DNA of 64,000 bases from an uncultured bacterium (GTDB taxonomy: Bacteria; Acidobacteriota; HRBIN11; JAKEFK01). Position 1 is the stretch's first letter. Each line of letters begins with the position of its first letter. Under the pieces are notes generated by a model, which saw only the letters and a list, made by a program, of their open reading frames with translations, was not told where the DNA came from and searched no databases. The translations under genes and the position numbers were made by a program. This document shows positions 59,667 through 64,000 of the stretch, in pieces. The stretch spans positions 320,001 through 384,000 of the forward strand of contig CAVZQN010000001.1 of assembly GCA_963777505.1 (NCBI GenBank), given 5' to 3'.

Positions 59667-60128
59667 TTGAACGAACAACACTATAAGGTCATCGGATGGA
59701 GTATTTTTATAGCTTCAATTGCCCTTGCTCTCTATTGGTGTCTGAACGAAAACGGACTCACGGGATGGTTCATTCGCGTCGGTGAACAAGCCGCGGGGCA
59801 ACGCCTGGGTTTGATAAGCTGGATTCTTACAATTCTGATCGTTGTCTTGCCTGGCTACATTTTGAAAAATTACCTTTTGGCAATGGCCTGGAATGCCCAT
59901 GTGGATTCGCTACCACCCCCAGACCCGATACAATCCGCACGACGGAGCAAATATGTGAAAGATGACGTTGTTGCACCGTTAGCGCCTGCAAATCCGGTTC
60001 GAATTGAAAGCCTTCCTCCGAACCAAAAAGAATTTATTGCGACATGTCCTGCTTGTGGCAATCTTTTTCCAGCTCAGCGAAGCACGAAGGAAATAAAATG
60101 TCCTCAATGCGGGGAAAAAGTTTCGTAG
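59667..60128 (+). CDS. Membrane protein with a C-terminal zinc ribbon
   Basis: Two TM helices, CPAC...CPQC; SD GGAG. Confidence 0.7.
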   Translation: MNEQHYKVIGWSIFIASIALALYWCLNENGLTGWFIRVGEQAAGQRLGLISWILTILIVVLPGYILKNYLLAMAWNAHVDSLPPPDPIQSARRSKYVKDDVVAPLAPANPVRIESLPPNQKEFIATCPACGNLFPAQRSTKEIKCPQCGEKVS

Positions 60129-60146
60129 TATGTATAGGATGAAATT

Positions 60147-60788
60147 ATGGGATTAGATGTTACCTTGATGCCGGTTCAGCGAATTTTGAGCCATCCAAAA
60201 CGGTCGATTGAACATAACGCATTTCTAAAACAAACTGGGTTAACGTTGCCAGAAGGCAGTAGTCAGGATTTTGGCTACACAGAAAAAGTTGGCCCATATG
60301 CAGTTTTTCACCACCTTTGGCGCTATGCTGCTCATTTAGAAATCCGAGGTGAACCGCCTACCGAACCAGGAACGCATCCTAAAGATGACTCTTGTTATCA
60401 GCAAGCGATGGCAAAACCGGAAACAAGATTTGATCAGTTGCTGCGCCATTCCGATGATACCGGTTACTACTATCCGATTGATTTTAACAACGTTTTTTCG
60501 ATTACGCCTGAAGTTCAAAATCAAGGCGGATTCATGAAAAAAATTTTCGGCGGGGGCACTAAAGAAACAATGCAGCCTGTCACGTTTGGTTCAGCAGTTC
60601 AATTGCTGAATGAACTTATGGAAATCAACAAATATTTGCAGGTTCCGGTTCGTGACGAAGTGCCATCTGAAACATATGAAGATGGAATTCATGGCGACGA
60701 ATGGGGCGATGAAAAATGGACTTGGTGTGTGCTCTATTTCATGACCCGTAAAGCCATTGAACACGGCCAAATCGTAGTCTTTGAATAA
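60147..60788 (+). CDS. Hypothetical protein
   Basis: 213-aa ORF with protein-like composition. Confidence 0.7.
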   Translation: MGLDVTLMPVQRILSHPKRSIEHNAFLKQTGLTLPEGSSQDFGYTEKVGPYAVFHHLWRYAAHLEIRGEPPTEPGTHPKDDSCYQQAMAKPETRFDQLLRHSDDTGYYYPIDFNNVFSITPEVQNQGGFMKKIFGGGTKETMQPVTFGSAVQLLNELMEINKYLQVPVRDEVPSETYEDGIHGDEWGDEKWTWCVLYFMTRKAIEHGQIVVFE

Positions 60789-60862
60789 GATTTTTCAACG
60801 CCGAGTACGCAGAGCTTTAATAAACAATTAATTAACTTTGTGATCTTTGCGTTAAAAAAATT

Positions 60863-62801
60863 ATGATTCGGCTAGAAAACGTTTCGATTGTATTTCAGGG
60901 AAAACCACTTTTTTCTGGAGTGAACTGGCAGATTACTGAACGCTCTAGAGTCGGGCTTGTTGGTGTTAATGGTTCGGGCAAATCTACAATCCTGAAAATC
61001 CTTACAGGCTTGCAAGAAATTGAATCTGGCCGCGTAGTTCGCGCAAGAAATTTCACCACAGGATATCTTCCACAAGAATTACAAGGGAGTTCGGATCGTC
61101 CTGTTTTTGAAGAAGCACTCTCAGGATGCGGCTCCGCTCAAAGTCTTCAAAAACGTATCGATCAAGTTGCTGAAACAATGCAAGCAGCAGATCCTGCATC
61201 CGATGATTATTCAGAGCTTGTAATGGAGTACGGACGCTTGCAGCGGCTCTTTGAGGAAGCTGATGGTTTTAGCGCAGAATCCAAAACAGCTCGCGTGCTG
61301 CAAGGTCTCGCTATTCCACAAGAATGGTGGCAGCAACCCATGAATCGTTTAAGCGGTGGATGGCAAATGCGTGTTCATCTTGCCAGACTTATCCTGACAG
61401 CACCTTCGCTTCTGCTGCTGGATGAACCGACCAATCATCTAGATGTCGAATCGATCTTATGGCTTTCATCGTTTATGAAAATGTCCGGAGGCGGTCTTGT
61501 TCTGATTTCACATGATCGCTATTTTCTGGATGAAAACATCAATGAAGTTGTTGAACTATGGGGTAACAAACTTCATTTTTACTCGGGCAATTATTCCTAT
61601 TACAGGCAAGAAAAAGAAAAACGTCTTGAACTCTTGAAACATGCTTATACAAATCAACAAGAAGAGATACAGAGGATCCAATTATTCATCGATCGTTTCC
61701 GTTATAAAGCCACTAAAGCCCGGCAGGTTCAAAGCCGTCTCAACATGCTTGAACGTATTGAACGTATCGTACTTCCTGAAGATACTGCTGCGATTAGACT
61801 TCGCATTCCGGATGCGCCGCGTTCAGGCCGTGTCGTTTTAGAATCAAAGAATCTTGGTCATCATTACGAAGCGAAAGAAGTCTTTCATAATTTGAATTTC
61901 CATCTTGAAAGAAACAGCAAAGTAGCACTTGCAGGCGTAAATGGCGCAGGAAAAACTACACTGTTGAAAATACTTGCTGGTGAGTTGAAGCCAGCTGAAG
62001 GTGAGTTTCAATTGGGACACAATGTGTTTCCTGCATATTATGCGCAGATGGTAACGGACCAACTGGACTTGAAAAACACGGTGCTTGCACGAGGTCGAAC
62101 GAAGCGCAACAAACGAAAATCAAACGACACTCCGTTCAATTCTTGGTTCATTCCTTTTTTCCGGTGATGACGTTTATAAGAAAATTTCGATGCTTTCCGG
62201 AGGAGAAAAAAGCAGAGTCGCACTTGCTAAAATTCTATTGAAACCATCCAACTTATTACTGCTTGATGAACCAACGAACCATCTTGATATGCAATCGAAA
62301 GAAATTTTGCTTCATGCTCTTCAGAATTATCAGGGAGCCATTCTATTTATCTCGCATGATCGTTACTTCATGGATCACCTTGCAGAAAAGATTATTGAAT
62401 TAAAAGACGGTGTTTTGACTGAGTATCTTGGAAATTATTCTGAGTATTTGAAAAAAATCGCCGAAGATGAAGAGCCGGTTGAAACAACTCCTGTTACGCA
62501 ACCCTCCAGCGTATATAAAACAAAAGATCAGAAAAAACAGGAAGCAATCGAACGCCAGGAGCAAGCACGCTGGAAGAAAAAGTATCTAAAACCGATTGAA
62601 GATCTCGAACAACAAATAGTAAAAAATGAGAATCGACTAAGAGATTTGGAAAAGATTCTTGCTGACGAGGCAACGTATCAAGATCAGAATCGATACCTCC
62701 AATTGATCGATGAGTACAAAAAGCTAAAATCTGCAATCGAAAGCTCCTACCTCGAATGGGAACAGCTTCAAGCACAACTGAATCAATCTAAGTCACAATA
62801 A
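60863..62801 (+). CDS. ABC-F family ATP-binding protein; frameshift near 62084
   Basis: Two NBDs (GVNGSGKS/LSGG/DEPTNHLD and GVNGAGKT/LSGGE/DEPTNHLD) and a C-terminal coiled coil. Confidence 0.9.
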
Positions 62802-62891
62802 AACTCCTGGTCGTCTCGAGTCGAGACACTCAGTTGCTTCCGAAGTGACCTCACTTCCCTTAAGTTATTGGAAACAAAAGACTGGTCTGAA

Positions 62892-62906
62892 TGGCATTCT
62901 CTTTGC
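62892..62906 (+). promoter_or_regulatory. Candidate sigma54 promoter TGGCATTCTCTTTGC
   Basis: TGGCA, GG-N10-GC and TTGC; IHF-like TAAGTTATTGGAA just upstream. Confidence 0.55.
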
Positions 62907-62928
62907 GTTACAAATTGATTGAAGGAAG

Positions 62929-63177
62929 ATGCAAATGAATTTTTGGACTAAGAGAGTGATTGTTTTCCCGGACATAACGTCTGTTGAAAGTGAAGAATGT
63001 TTGACTGAACCAGGAACTGTTTTTCAACGGGATGTTCGTGCATTTGCCATGCAATTTGAGGCGAAAACAAAAGCAAACCAAAGAGAAACACCAACGTATT
63101 CGCAAAGTTATTTGAATGACCTGATTGTGCGATTTAGAGAACACGCTGTTCCTGCACTGGCTCAATCTGAGGAGTAA
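62929..63177 (+). CDS. Hypothetical protein (3' end uncertain)
   Basis: 82-aa ORF after the candidate sigma54 promoter and a GAAGGAAG SD. Confidence 0.45.
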   Translation: MQMNFWTKRVIVFPDITSVESEECLTEPGTVFQRDVRAFAMQFEAKTKANQRETPTYSQSYLNDLIVRFREHAVPALAQSEE

Positions 63178-63462
63178 GGGAACGTGATTGCAATAGAAAT
63201 ATTAAATGGAACTCCGCGAGTTATGATCCTGCGGAGGTCACGGAGGTTGGGGCTTTCTACCTGGGATGGAAGCCCCCCTCAGTGTCAAGTCATGCGGACT
63301 TATCCTTACCATGAATGTTAGCCTGAACGGGAAGGGCTCAGAAAATGAGCCCAACCCGAACTTATCCCGCATCCAGTATCCGCATCCCGCATCGCGTTCT
63401 ATGCTTGCCAGAAGAAGCCAAACTGGCTATAATTCGTTCTTCTTACAACGAGGTAAATCCCT

Positions 63463-63807
63463 GTGTTACTAACAGTTTTGATCATTATTCATGTCATTGT
63501 TGCATTGTTCCTGATTGGCGTTGTTTTGTTGCAAACAGGAAAGTCTGGAAATATTGCTGATGTTTTTGGCGGCGGTGGGTCGATGGCCGCTTTTGGAGCA
63601 CGTGGTGCAGCAACGGTACTTTCAAGAATCACGTGGGTAGCAGCGGCACTATTCTTAATTACATCTCTATCATTATCCCTTGTTAAAAGTAGTTCATCGT
63701 CCATTATGCAAAATGTGCCGGTTCAGAAAGGCCCTGCAAAGACACCACCGAAACAACCAGCACCCCAGCAGCAAACTCCACCTGCGCAGAAGCCGCCAAA
63801 TCAATAG
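63463..63807 (+). CDS. secG: Preprotein translocase subunit SecG
   Basis: LIGVVLLQTGKS..FGGGGS..FGARGA..LSRIT. Confidence 0.93.
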   Translation: MLLTVLIIIHVIVALFLIGVVLLQTGKSGNIADVFGGGGSMAAFGARGAATVLSRITWVAAALFLITSLSLSLVKSSSSSIMQNVPVQKGPAKTPPKQPAPQQQTPPAQKPPNQ

Positions 63808-63839
63808 TTGGAAATCATTACATTTCATAAAGTTTCTGC

Positions 63840-64000
63840 ATGATTGAATTTGCCGACATTTTAGATGCGGCGAACCGCATTCAGGGATTAGCCCACAAAA
63901 CGCCAGTTTTACATTCACGCCAATTCGATGAACGGGCGGGATGCACAGTCTACTTTAAGGCCGAAAATTTCCAACGTGGGGGAGCCTTTAAGTTTCGCGG
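63840..64000 (+). CDS. PLP-dependent threonine/serine dehydratase family enzyme (5' part only)
   Basis: Hand translation MIEFADILDAANRIQGLAHKTPV...FKAENFQRGGAFKFRG, containing the PLP-lysine motif. Confidence 0.85.
   Translation, partial: MIEFADILDAANRIQGLAHKTPVLHSRQFDERAGCTVYFKAENFQRGGAFKFR

Noticed and set aside
63808-63839. tRNA-Leu, which often follows secG
   Set aside because: Only 32 bp separate secG from the next CDS, and no tRNA motifs are present.

Overview
64 kb of bacterial chromosome with moderate GC. The gene content (Oar-like TonB receptor, VWFA-related protein, Ser/Thr kinase-TPR, sulfatase-TPR, VPS10 proteins) suggests Acidobacteriota, but this is an inference. I see no rRNA, tRNA, CRISPR, prophage or transposase. 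About a dozen frameshifts, mostly single-base, split otherwise intact genes and look like long-read consensus errors. Main contents: copper amine oxidase, mtnB-D-C, a chitosan/glucosamine utilisation locus (DeoR/AgaR regulator, TonB receptor, GH2 exo-glucosaminidase, MFS, ROK kinase, SIS deaminase, deacetylase), a Dlt/MBOAT-like acyl-transfer cluster, an RTX-repeat protein, kamA, an ABC-F protein and secG, plus several families of intergenic palindromic repeats. Two signals missed by the ORF track stand out. (1) An exported multi-domain selenoprotein candidate at 1880-3725: an in-frame TGA sits at a thioredoxin-fold active site (UxxS) and is followed by an fdhF-like SECIS hairpin in exact register. 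(2) An unannotated 34-aa DltX-like peptide at 35545-35649 ending in FRYLGL, which completes a DltXABCD-like pathway with two adenylation enzymes in a diderm.
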